A stretch of DNA of 64,000 bases from assembly GCA_963775425.1 (NCBI GenBank), contig CAVZJB010000009.1, positions 272,616 through 336,615 on the forward strand. Direction: 5' to 3'. Shown one piece after another: positions 9,320 through 21,154 of this stretch (its first letter is position 1; each line of letters opens with the position of its first letter). The translations under genes and the position numbers were made by a program. The stretch is from an uncultured delta proteobacterium (GTDB lineage: Bacteria > Myxococcota > UBA727 > VGSZ01). The notes under the pieces are model-generated. The model saw only the letters and a list, made by a program, of their open reading frames with translations. It did no database searches and was not told where the DNA came from.

Positions 9320-11119
9320 TCAGGACACGCTCCACAGGACCGAGTACCACTTGGGCATGTCGTCGAGCTTGAGCTCGAAGATGCCGTCGTTCTTCCCGTT
9401 GCCGCGCGGCTCGGACTCGCCCCAGGGGTTCCTGAGCTTCACCATCTTCACGCCGTTTTTCTCGTAGGCGTCGACGACGGTGTAGGTGTGGTCGCCGTAG
9501 ACGCCGGTGTTGGCGAACAGCGCCTCGTGGCCCGCGTCGTCCTTGGTGCCGAGGCACACCGGGAGCTTGTGCGCGAGCTTGTCCTTGATGATGCGGAAGC
9601 ACGCGTCCTTGTTGCGCGCCGAGAAGTCCTTCTCGAGCGCCGGCCGGCCGAGGACCGCTTCGAAGAGGTCGGCGGAGCTGCCGCCGTCGCCGATGTCGTT
9701 GTAATCGCCGTTGAGCTGCGCCCACGCTTTCTCGAAGAGCGGGAACCACAGCTCCATCTTGTCGCGCGCGGTGGAGTTGGCCGACGAGCCGTACAGCGGG
9801 CCGCCCCAGGAGCGCGTGTAGAGGTCGGCGTCGACGGCCTCAAGGTGCTTCTTCGCGTACCCGTCGCGGTCACGCTTGAGCTCGACGACGTAGAACGTGC
9901 CGTTCGCCGGCAACGGCGGCTCGCCGCGCTTCTTCCTGTCCGCGTTCACGGTCTTCCGGTCGGCGTCGGTGGCCACGCGGATGATCTGCGTGAGCAGGTC
10001 GGGGCGCACGAGCGCGAGCGCCGCCGCCCCCGCCGGCGTGTAGCAGTCGCCGAGGTTGCCCTGCACCACGTCTTCCATGGCGGCGCCGTCCTTGAACAGC
10101 GGCCCCGTGTAGTTCTTGAGGTCGTAGCGCGAGCTGCCGTCGGGCTTGCGATCGTCCTTGTGCGGCTTGGGATCTTCGATCTCCACGGGAGCGCCCGTCG
10201 CGCCGCCCGCGCCGAGCACCGCCGAGGTGCCGGCGATCTCCTTGAAGTCCGTGTTGTTGCGGCCGTCGGTGGCCGCCACCTGGAACGTGTCGCCGGGCTT
10301 GCCGTTCAGCTTGGGGACGCCGGGGAAGCGCCCGGTGTCGTCCATGGTGATGTCGGTCTTTTCGCCGGTGCGCTCATTTTCGAAGCGCAGCACCGCGTAG
10401 GGCTCCGAGATCGGGCGGGAGTTGTTGTTGTTGGCGACGGCGATCTTGCCGCGTCCGGCGTCGGACAGCTCGATGCGCATGAGCGCCACTTCGGCGCCGC
10501 GCTTGTCGGCGCCGAGCTGGTCGGCGCGGATCACCATCCAGGCCGAGGCGTTGCCGTGCGCGTCCCGGGTGCGCACGCGCAGCCAGTCGCCGCCCTTCAG
10601 GTCGGTGGTGCCGGTGAGCCGGCCGGTGGCGTCGGTCTTTCCGAGGACGAAGGTGTCGTCGTCGTGAAGGCGCATCGCGGGGATGGCCGAGAGGTTCAGC
10701 GCCTCCACCGTCACGTTCGGCCCGGCGCTCCCTTCGATCTTCACCTTGCCGCGCACGAGCCTCATGTCGGTGATGTTGACGGGGCCGCTTTGCGGGTTCA
10801 CCGGCGCGCGGCCGACGAGCTGCTCGAGGAAGCGCTGCGCGTCGTCGGCGAGGGGGACGGCGCCGCCGTCGAGGATGGCCTCGACGTCCTTCTTCTCACG
10901 CTTGCTCAAGCCCTCGCGCACGATGGACATGAGCTCCTGCTTGGACACCGCGTTGTCGAGCTGGTCCCGCGCGCTCGTCATCGCGAGGCCGCTGCGGTCG
11001 GCGATGTCGGCGAGGAGGGCCTTCAGATCGTCGAGGCCGGCCTTCTTCGAGCCCGTGAAGGCGCGCGCGAGCTTGTCGACCTCGGCGCGGATGGAGCGGT
11101 CGCGGATGGTGACGGGCAT
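9320..11119 (-). CDS. Calpain-like cysteine protease (peptidase family C2) with a long N-terminal region of unknown function
   Basis: Catalytic motifs occur in calpain order: QGNLGDCY (Cys), GDHTYTVVD (His), VKLRNPWG (Asn). Start chosen at ATG 11119 (MPVTIRDR), which sits 5 nt after a GGAG. No signal peptide. Confidence 0.8.
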   Translation of the reverse strand: MPVTIRDRSIRAEVDKLARAFTGSKKAGLDDLKALLADIADRSGLAMTSARDQLDNAVSKQELMSIVREGLSKREKKDVEAILDGGAVPLADDAQRFLEQLVGRAPVNPQSGPVNITDMRLVRGKVKIEGSAGPNVTVEALNLSAIPAMRLHDDDTFVLGKTDATGRLTGTTDLKGGDWLRVRTRDAHGNASAWMVIRADQLGADKRGAEVALMRIELSDAGRGKIAVANNNNSRPISEPYAVLRFENERTGEKTDITMDDTGRFPGVPKLNGKPGDTFQVAATDGRNNTDFKEIAGTSAVLGAGGATGAPVEIEDPKPHKDDRKPDGSSRYDLKNYTGPLFKDGAAMEDVVQGNLGDCYTPAGAAALALVRPDLLTQIIRVATDADRKTVNADRKKRGEPPLPANGTFYVVELKRDRDGYAKKHLEAVDADLYTRSWGGPLYGSSANSTARDKMELWFPLFEKAWAQLNGDYNDIGDGGSSADLFEAVLGRPALEKDFSARNKDACFRIIKDKLAHKLPVCLGTKDDAGHEALFANTGVYGDHTYTVVDAYEKNGVKMVKLRNPWGESEPRGNGKNDGIFELKLDDMPKWYSVLWSVS

Positions 11120-11151
11120 CGGGACTCCCGGACGAGATGCCCCGTTATCGG

Positions 11152-12372
11152 TCACATGTGGGATACGGTGCTACATCCCCGCGCGGCCCGCGCCGCGGGG
11201 AGCACCTTGGCGCCAACCGCGCGGATCTCCGCGACTTCCGCGCTGTGACCGGCCTCCCACGCCAGGAAGCGGGTGCGGATCGCGGCGGCGCGATCGGGGC
11301 CGGCGACCCAGGCCGCGGCGGCGGCGTCGCCGCGCAGGAGCGCATCGAGCACGCGCTCCCCGAGCAGCGCCTTGGCGTGAGACGACTCCCACCACGAGCC
11401 TGCGTCGGGCGCCTCGTCGAAGGCGAGGCCCTGGAAGTCGAGCAGCACGACGTCGAGGCCCTCGCGGCGCTCTTTGTCGACGATGCGCTCGATGGTGGCC
11501 TTCCACCGATCCTGCGCGTCGAGCAGCCCGGCCTGCTCGATGACCTCGAGGTGACGCGCGTGCACCGGCGAGAAGTAGAGGCGCACGCGGGTGTGTCCGC
11601 GCCGCGCGAGCTCGAGCAGGCGCGCGAGGTCGCGGAGCCCGCGCGTGTCCTCGACGGGCTCGCCGTGGATGGCGAGCGGGTTCGCGCAGGAGTAGTTGCC
11701 GAAGTAGTCCTTCTCCGACGCGCGGAAGTACGCGAGCGGGCCGCCGGCGCGCGCGCGATCGCGCTCCTGGAAGCGCGGGTCGCGTTGGCCGAGCTGCGTG
11801 AAGTAGCTCGGGTCGTGGCGGCGCCGGAGGGTGGACAGCGACGAGCGCAGCGCGTCTTCGGACAGGACGGTGGAGCCGAAGTCGCTCCAGGCGGACCAGC
11901 GCTGCGGCGCGCCGCTGCTGTCCACGGCGTAGCGGGCCTCGTCGAGCGTGGCGGGGATCTTGGCGGCGGCGTCGAACGCCAGGAGATCGAGGCCGACGAC
12001 GATGAGCTTCTGCGGGACGAGGGCGTTCGCGTGTTGGTACAGGCGCACCCAGTCGTAGGGCTGCGAGCCGTTGACGGCGGCGTTCACCACGTGGAGGCCG
12101 CCGAACGCGGGGCTCTGTGGATCGAGCATCACCTGCGCGCGCGACGTCCCGAGGATGATCCCCTCGGGCTTCTCGCTGCGCACCAGGTGGACCTTGAAGA
12201 GGCGATCGTGTCCCTCCTGCGCCGGGCGGTTGGGGAGCCAGGGCGTGTGAACGATGCGCAGGACGTCGTAGGGATCGATGACGACGTTGATGCCGGCGAC
12301 GACGCCGACGCCGAAGAGCAGCAGCGCGACGAACGCGAGCAGGAAGCGCTCCGGCTGGTGCAGGCGAATCAC
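11152..12372 (-). CDS. N-terminally membrane-anchored hypothetical protein
   Basis: 406-aa ORF with a single TM helix (FLLAFVALLLFGVGVVAGINVVI) followed by a soluble domain. High GC3. No confident family assignment. Confidence 0.6.
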   Translation of the reverse strand: MIRLHQPERFLLAFVALLLFGVGVVAGINVVIDPYDVLRIVHTPWLPNRPAQEGHDRLFKVHLVRSEKPEGIILGTSRAQVMLDPQSPAFGGLHVVNAAVNGSQPYDWVRLYQHANALVPQKLIVVGLDLLAFDAAAKIPATLDEARYAVDSSGAPQRWSAWSDFGSTVLSEDALRSSLSTLRRRHDPSYFTQLGQRDPRFQERDRARAGGPLAYFRASEKDYFGNYSCANPLAIHGEPVEDTRGLRDLARLLELARRGHTRVRLYFSPVHARHLEVIEQAGLLDAQDRWKATIERIVDKERREGLDVVLLDFQGLAFDEAPDAGSWWESSHAKALLGERVLDALLRGDAAAAAWVAGPDRAAAIRTRFLAWEAGHSAEVAEIRAVGAKVLPAARAARGCSTVSHM

Positions 12373-12635
12373 GCGGCCAGCGTAGCCCGCCTCCGCCGCG
12401 GACGACGAGCGCTTCCGGCACGGGATCGTCTCGAGTCACGACGTCTGTGCGCGCCCACGCGAGCGCGCCGGCGTCCGCACCGCGCGCGCCATGTTCGTGC
12501 CGTGACCGTGCGAGGGCACCTGGCCCCGTTCGCCGCGCTGCTCCTGTGCGGCTGCCCGCTCGACGTGTCCCTGCAGGGGAAGCCGTGCGACGCCGGCCAC
12601 GCCTGCGCCGGCGGCTTCCGCCTGGCGCCGTAGGG

Positions 12636-14304
<1,669 letters not shown>

Positions 14305-14482
14305 GGCGGCGCTTTTACTGCGATTCGCACGGCGTGACGACCGGCTGCTGCGGCGCCGGCGCGCGAGGCATGAGCGAGAAGGCGCTGTGCGAAATCGCCG
14401 GCTGTCTCACGACGATGAGGTGGGTTTCTGCGTGCTACTGCCGAGATGAACGACCGCGCGCATCGCGCGCCACGAGGATTCG

Positions 14483-15691
<1,209 letters not shown>

Positions 15692-15739
15692 AAGGCTGAC
15701 GAAAAGCAAGGCTCGTAGCAGCACTCGGCGAAGCCGCCC

Positions 15740-16200
15740 ACAAGGTGGCTCGCCGCGCGGAGTACGTGGCGAGGCACGTCGGCGCGCAAGAACCGCTTCG
15801 CGCCGCTTGTGTCACGCGCCTTCGCGGCGCGGGCCGCGTGCGCCGCATCGGAGATCTCCGGATTGTCGGCATCGGCGAGCACCGCGAGGACATCGGTGAG
15901 GAGCTTGTCGAACGCGGCGCGGTGATCGACGCGGAACCTGGCGAGGACGTCATGACTCGGGCGCAGATCGCCGACGATAAAACGGAAGGCGTCGTCGTTC
16001 GTCGTCAGCCGCGCGATCTCCCGGCCGCTCCCGATCCCTTGGCCTATCGCGTACAGCCACAGCGTCAGGAGCATCCGCGGGCTCGTCATCGGGCGCCCAC
16101 GTGAACCCGTCGAGGTCGAGCACACGGTCGATCAGGCGAGCCGGGTGCTCGGGGCCGATGAGGTCGTCCACGGCCTGGGTCTTCAGCTTGGGCGCTCGGA
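15740..16200 (-). mobile_element. Relic of an IS5/IS1182-type transposase gene (N-terminal domain only, frameshifted, no DDE domain)
   Basis: Two minus-strand frames together read ...VDDLIGPEHPARLIDRVLDLDGFTW / GRPMTSPRMLLTLWLYAIGQGIGSGREIARLTTNDDAFRFIVGDLRPSHDVLARFR. This matches the conserved N-terminal transposase domain. Similarity ends before any catalytic domain, and no terminal repeats were seen. Confidence 0.55.
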
Positions 16201-16413
16201 ATCAGCGAAGGCGAGACAACGTCGCCACCGCCGGAGCTCCTTTCCGCTCCGCCGTGTGGCCGTAGCACCGGCCCCTTCCGGGTGGCTCGGATCAACACGT
16301 TACGCGTCAGCCCTGAGCCGAGCGGCGCTACGACATCCGGTGCGCCCGGATCGACCGGCGGTCCACGGCGGGGTGAGACGCCAGGCTTGCGTTGTTCCGC
16401 AACGGGAGCTCGC

Positions 16414-17763
16414 ATGCGCACGCGCGTCGTCGCAGTCGTCTTCGCCACCGTCGTCGTCGCCGGTGTCACGCTCGGCGCCACCGATCCGCCGCCGACGCGG
16501 ATCGCGCCGCACGGCGCGCAGGTCATGGCCGATCAGATCGCGGCGTTCGACGCGCTGAAGACCGACGTCACGGGCGAGGTGATCCCCACCGACCGGGCCT
16601 ACTGGAACACGCTCGTCCCCGAGGACAACGCCGCCACGCCCGCGCGCATCGCCCTCGGCAAGAAGCTCTACTTCGACCCGCGGCTGTCGCGCGACGGCAC
16701 CGTCGCGTGCGCGACCTGCCACGACGTCAGCCGCGGCTTCACCGACCGGCGCCCCGCGTCCGAGGGCATCGGCGGGCGCATCGGACGCAGAAACGCGCCC
16801 ACCACGTTGAACGCGGCGTTCTTCTCGTCGCAGTTCTGGGACGGGCGCGCCAAGACCCTGGAGGACCAGGCGAGGCTGCCGCCGCTGAACCCCGTCGAGA
16901 TGGGACAGCCCAACGGGGACGCGGTCGTCGCCGTGCTCACAGCGGACGCCGACTACCCGCGGCTGTTCCACGAGGCCTACGGACACCCGCCCAACTACGA
17001 AGACTTCGGCCGCGCCATCGGCGCCTTCGAAAGGACGCTCATCTTCCTCGACGCGCCCTTCGACCGCTTCATGAACGGACAGGTGGACGCCATCGACGAC
17101 GACGCCAAGGCCGGCATGGTGCTCTTCTTCGGCAAGGCGCGCTGCGCCTCGTGCCACACCCTGAGCGCCGTGAACCCCGTCGGCACCGACAACCGCTTCC
17201 ACAACATCGGCGTCAGCGCGCGGCACCAGGACTTCGAGAAGCTCGCGCGGCAGGCGGTGGCGGCGCTCGACAAGACGGGCGGCGGGGACCGCGCCGTCGA
17301 CGAGCTCGCGCTCTCCAGCGATCTCGCCGAGCTCGGCCGCTTCGTCGTCACCAAGCACCGAAGCGACATCGGGGCGTTCAAGACGGAGCAGTTGCGCAAC
17401 GTCGGGCTCACGCCGCCGTACATGCACGACGGCTCCATGCAGACGCTCTGGGACGTCGTCGACCACTACAACAAGGGCGGCGAGGCGAACCCGTACCTCG
17501 ACGGCGGCATCGAGCCCCTCGACCTGAGCGAGCAGGAGGTGAACCAGCTCGTCGCCTTCATGTTCACGCTCACCGACGCGCGCTTCGCCGATGACAACCG
17601 CACGCAATTCAATGAGCAGCGGGCGAAGGCGCAGAAGTCGCGCCCGTTCCGCGACGACGAGCTCGCGCACAGGACAGTGCTGCCGTTTCAGCAACGCCTG
17701 GCACGCGAGGACCGCGCGGCGGGCTCCGTCGACGGCGGGACGCGAGGGAAGGGGGCGCCATGA
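16414..17763 (+). CDS. Di-haem cytochrome c peroxidase (CCP/MauG family)
   Basis: Start MRTRVVAVVFATVVVAG after GGGAG. Two CxxCH motifs (CATCH, CASCH). Further motifs: RNAPTTLNAAF, FWDGRA, PPYMHDGS. Confidence 0.85.
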   Translation: MRTRVVAVVFATVVVAGVTLGATDPPPTRIAPHGAQVMADQIAAFDALKTDVTGEVIPTDRAYWNTLVPEDNAATPARIALGKKLYFDPRLSRDGTVACATCHDVSRGFTDRRPASEGIGGRIGRRNAPTTLNAAFFSSQFWDGRAKTLEDQARLPPLNPVEMGQPNGDAVVAVLTADADYPRLFHEAYGHPPNYEDFGRAIGAFERTLIFLDAPFDRFMNGQVDAIDDDAKAGMVLFFGKARCASCHTLSAVNPVGTDNRFHNIGVSARHQDFEKLARQAVAALDKTGGGDRAVDELALSSDLAELGRFVVTKHRSDIGAFKTEQLRNVGLTPPYMHDGSMQTLWDVVDHYNKGGEANPYLDGGIEPLDLSEQEVNQLVAFMFTLTDARFADDNRTQFNEQRAKAQKSRPFRDDELAHRTVLPFQQRLAREDRAAGSVDGGTRGKGAP

Positions 17764-18872
17764 AGGGCTGGAAGAGCGTTGAGACCAGGTACCTCGAGAA
17801 GCGCGAGCGCGCGTTGCGCGCGCTGGCCGGCCTAAACCGCCGCGGCTTCCTCAAAGCGTCGGCCGCGGCGGCCGCGGCGGCGGCGGGGCTCGTGTACCCG
17901 CGCAGCTTCCAGCCCATCGCCATCGCGCGCGCCGCGGAGCTCGACGGTGCGCCCTTCCGAATCGCGTACATCTCGGACTCGCACCTGTACGAGACCAGCC
18001 TCAACCCGCGCTTCGTCAACGCCATCATGCGCGCCGTCGACGACGTCAACGCGCTCGATCCGCAGCCGGACTTCGTCATCTTCGGCGGCGACCTGGCGCA
18101 GCTCGGCCAGGCCAAAGAGCTCGAGCTGGGCGCGCAGATCTTGAAGGAGCTGAAGGCGCCGCTGCACGTCATGGTGGGCGAGCACGACTGGTACTTCGAC
18201 CTGGGCGAGAAGTGGCGCGACCTGTTCGGCGAGCCCACCTACTCGTTCGACCACCGCGGCGTGCACTTCGTGGTGCTCAACAGCGTCATCGAGGACGACT
18301 TCTGGACCGCGCGCAAGCTCACGCCCATGGAGCGGATGCGCACCGTGGCCGGGCTCGACGACAAGATCCAGTCGCGTTTCCAGGTCGGCGCGAAGCAACG
18401 CGCGTGGCTCGAGAAGGACCTGGCCCACCTGCCGGCGTCGACGCCGCTCGTCGTCTTCTCGCATTCGCCGCTCTACAAGCTCTACCGCCCCTGGAACTTC
18501 TGGACGGAGGACGCCGAAGAGGTGCAGGCGCTCCTCAAGCGCTTCTCGCACGTGAGCGTCATCCACGGGCACACGCACCAACTTCTCTTGAATCACGTCG
18601 ACAACATCAACTTCTACGGGATGCTGTCGACGGCGTGGCCCTGGCCGTACGCGCCCGAGGGGCTGCCGCCGCTCACCGTGCAGATGGGCCGCGCCGATCC
18701 ATTCGATCCGCAGGACGGCTGCGGCGACGGCACGTTCTCCCTGTCCGACGACGGCGTGGTCGAGAGCATCTACGACCTCTGGAATCGGAACCCGATCACC
18801 GTGCGCGCGAGCTACCTGTCGTCGAACGGCAAGGTCGACGTCCCGCCCGCGCCTGCTCTCGTCAGCTACTGA
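17760..18872 (+). CDS. Tat-exported metallophosphoesterase (calcineurin-like)
   Basis: Twin-arginine signal NRRGFLKASAAAAAAAAG. Motifs: ISDSHL, GGDLAQ, GEHD, FSHSP, HGHTH. The ATGA overlaps the ccp stop. Confidence 0.8.
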   Translation: MKGWKSVETRYLEKRERALRALAGLNRRGFLKASAAAAAAAAGLVYPRSFQPIAIARAAELDGAPFRIAYISDSHLYETSLNPRFVNAIMRAVDDVNALDPQPDFVIFGGDLAQLGQAKELELGAQILKELKAPLHVMVGEHDWYFDLGEKWRDLFGEPTYSFDHRGVHFVVLNSVIEDDFWTARKLTPMERMRTVAGLDDKIQSRFQVGAKQRAWLEKDLAHLPASTPLVVFSHSPLYKLYRPWNFWTEDAEEVQALLKRFSHVSVIHGHTHQLLLNHVDNINFYGMLSTAWPWPYAPEGLPPLTVQMGRADPFDPQDGCGDGTFSLSDDGVVESIYDLWNRNPITVRASYLSSNGKVDVPPAPALVSY

Positions 18873-18897
18873 ACGTCGCGCCGCGCAGGGGGTCTTC

Positions 18898-19557
18898 ATG
18901 TCGCGTCAGCGTCTCTTCATCGTCACCGCGCTCGCCGGCGCCGTCTCCGTCTGCGCCACGCTCGCGGGTTGCCGCGCGCCCCCGCCGCCGCCGCCGGCCG
19001 GCAAGGAGGGCGTCGAGGTGCTCCTGTGCGACGGAAAGACGAAGACCGTGATGCCCACGGGTACGCCCGGCACGGCCATCGCGGGCGCGCTGATGAGCCA
19101 GTGGCTGCGCAATAACCCCACGAAGGACTGGGACGTGGCGGAGGCCGACGCGCACACCCTCGTGCCCGCGTACGACAACGCGTCGCTCGTCGGCGATCCG
19201 CAGGGCGCGACGTACGGCGGCGTCACCAAGGACGACGTCGCCCTGTGGAAGAGCGAGAGCGAACGCTTCGCGCGCGCCGGCTCACGCGTGTTCCACAGCG
19301 CCGATGAGCTCGGCAGCACCATCGGCGTCTCCTGCGACATGTGTCACCCGAACGGATCGAACACGCACCCGGAGACCTTCCCGAAGTACGAGCCGCAGGT
19401 CGGCCGCGTCACCCTGCTGCGCGACATGATCAACTGGTGCATCGAGCACCCGGTGAAGGGCAAGGCGCTCGCGGGCGACGACCCGCGCATGCGCGCCCTC
19501 GAGGCGTACATCCTCGCGCAGCGCTCCGGCGTGCCGCTCGCCTACGGCAAGCGCTGA
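18898..19557 (+). CDS. Mono-haem c-type cytochrome lipoprotein
   Basis: Lipobox ATLAGC. Single CDMCH haem motif, followed by INWCIEHPVKGKAL...ALEAYI. Confidence 0.65.
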   Translation: MSRQRLFIVTALAGAVSVCATLAGCRAPPPPPPAGKEGVEVLLCDGKTKTVMPTGTPGTAIAGALMSQWLRNNPTKDWDVAEADAHTLVPAYDNASLVGDPQGATYGGVTKDDVALWKSESERFARAGSRVFHSADELGSTIGVSCDMCHPNGSNTHPETFPKYEPQVGRVTLLRDMINWCIEHPVKGKALAGDDPRMRALEAYILAQRSGVPLAYGKR

Positions 19558-19598
19558 TCGCGCCGCGCGGTCGCGGCGCTCGTCGGCGCCGCGCGTCT

Positions 19599-20090
19599 TC
19601 AGTTGAGGTCGATGTCGGGGACGGGGATCTTGGCGAACGGCACGCCCTCGTCGACGAGGCGCTGCTCTTCCTCGGCGGTGGACGTGCCGTGGATGGGCCG
19701 CGCCTCCTCCTCGCCGTGGTGGATGGCCAAGGCGCGGCTGGCGAACGTGTCGCCGACGTCCTCGGCGTGGGTCCGCACGGCGCGGAGCAGGCGGGAGAGC
19801 GCGCGCTGCACCTCCAGCGGCATCGTCGCGTCGGGCACCGGCCGCTGCGCGTCGGGCGCCGGCCGCGGCGCGTCGGGGGCCGGCGCGGGGGTCTTGTCCG
19901 GCGCCGTCGAGCCCCGCGTGGCGATGCCGCGGAAGCTCGGGCGCTGCGCGACGTCGCCGCTGCCACACGTGGGGCAACAGAGCTCACCGCCGTCGCGCGC
20001 GCCTTCGAAGGCGGCGGCGTTGTCGTACCACCCCTCGTAGAGGTGTCCGGCGGCGCAGGCGAGGTCCACGACGAACATCGGTACGAGCAT
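19599..20090 (-). CDS. DUF1178-type zinc-ribbon protein
   Basis: The N-terminus MFVVDLACAAGHLYEGWYDNAAAFEG...CPTCGS is typical of this family. The start may be ATG 20078 rather than 20090. Confidence 0.65.
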   Translation of the reverse strand: MLVPMFVVDLACAAGHLYEGWYDNAAAFEGARDGGELCCPTCGSGDVAQRPSFRGIATRGSTAPDKTPAPAPDAPRPAPDAQRPVPDATMPLEVQRALSRLLRAVRTHAEDVGDTFASRALAIHHGEEEARPIHGTSTAEEEQRLVDEGVPFAKIPVPDIDLN

Positions 20091-20124
20091 ACGGTTCGCG
20101 ACCCCGGCGCGACCACCGGGGGCG

Positions 20125-21036
20125 TCACAGCATGCGGCGCCACAGCACGTTGCCGGCGTGCACGTCGACGGCGAGGACCCCCGCGCCCGCCGCCTCGCGC
20201 GCGACGACGAGGATCAGGCTGTCGCCCTCGAGGTGCGCGGCGGCGAGCGCCGCGCCCGGCAGGTCGGGTGCCAGGACCACGTCCCACAGCCGCGCGCCGT
20301 CGGCGGTGCGCACGCCGGCCACGGCCTGCTGCGAGGCGTGGCCCTTGCGGTCCATCTTGTCGTCGTGCCGGAAGAACGCGATGGCGCCGTCGTCCGCCGT
20401 GAGCTGCGCGCTGCTCGCGGCGTCGCCGACGACCTTGGCGTGGATGTACTCCTCGTCGCCGTAGGGCTTCTCCTCGCCCCCGGGCCCGCGCAACAGCCGC
20501 GCGCGCGCCTCGTGACCGGGCTCCACGAGCTCGCCGCCGGGCATCTCGAGGGAGTCGCGGTCAAAGCGCGGCGGCGCCCGGGTCACCCGCACCGCCGACG
20601 TCCGCACCTGCTCGGCGCGTCCGGTGCCGTCCACGCGCCAAGAGGTGCCGCCGGTGGTGGCGTAGTACGCGGCGCCGGTGTCGTCGTCGACGATCGGCGC
20701 GTGGTCCATGAGGTCCTCGAGGTGCACGCCGCGCTGCGCGAGGGTGTCGTCGTCGACGGCGACGGCGCGGGTGGCCGTGGAGAGCGCGTACACCGCGTCC
20801 TTGCGATCCTTGCACCACACGAGCCCGCGCGCCGGGCGGCTGCACTTGAGCGCCGCGGGGATGACGACGGCCACAGGCGCGCTTCGCCCGTCGAGCGGCA
20901 CGAACGATACGCGCGTGGCGTTGCGGCCGGAGCGGCCGAAAGGCTGGTCGCCGGAGCGAACGTGCTCGACGACCGTCGCGAGCGGCGGGTCCTCGGTGAA
21001 CCAGACCGCCTGGACGCGTCCGTGCAGGTGGAACAC
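20125..21036 (-). CDS. Hypothetical protein (N-terminus unresolved)
   Basis: 303-aa ORF from GTG 21036 with good GC3. The same frame stays open upstream and encodes a TM-like helix, but without a canonical start codon (see findings). Confidence 0.5.
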   Translation of the reverse strand: MFHLHGRVQAVWFTEDPPLATVVEHVRSGDQPFGRSGRNATRVSFVPLDGRSAPVAVVIPAALKCSRPARGLVWCKDRKDAVYALSTATRAVAVDDDTLAQRGVHLEDLMDHAPIVDDDTGAAYYATTGGTSWRVDGTGRAEQVRTSAVRVTRAPPRFDRDSLEMPGGELVEPGHEARARLLRGPGGEEKPYGDEEYIHAKVVGDAASSAQLTADDGAIAFFRHDDKMDRKGHASQQAVAGVRTADGARLWDVVLAPDLPGAALAAAHLEGDSLILVVAREAAGAGVLAVDVHAGNVLWRRML

Positions 21037-21154
21037 GCGCGTCTCCCAGCCGAACGGCGCGAAGTTCCACGCGGCGGCGGCGACGATGCCGAGCAGCAGC
21101 AGCGCCGGACCGCCAATCGCAGCTTGTCGGCGAGATCCCCGCGTCCCGCGTTGC

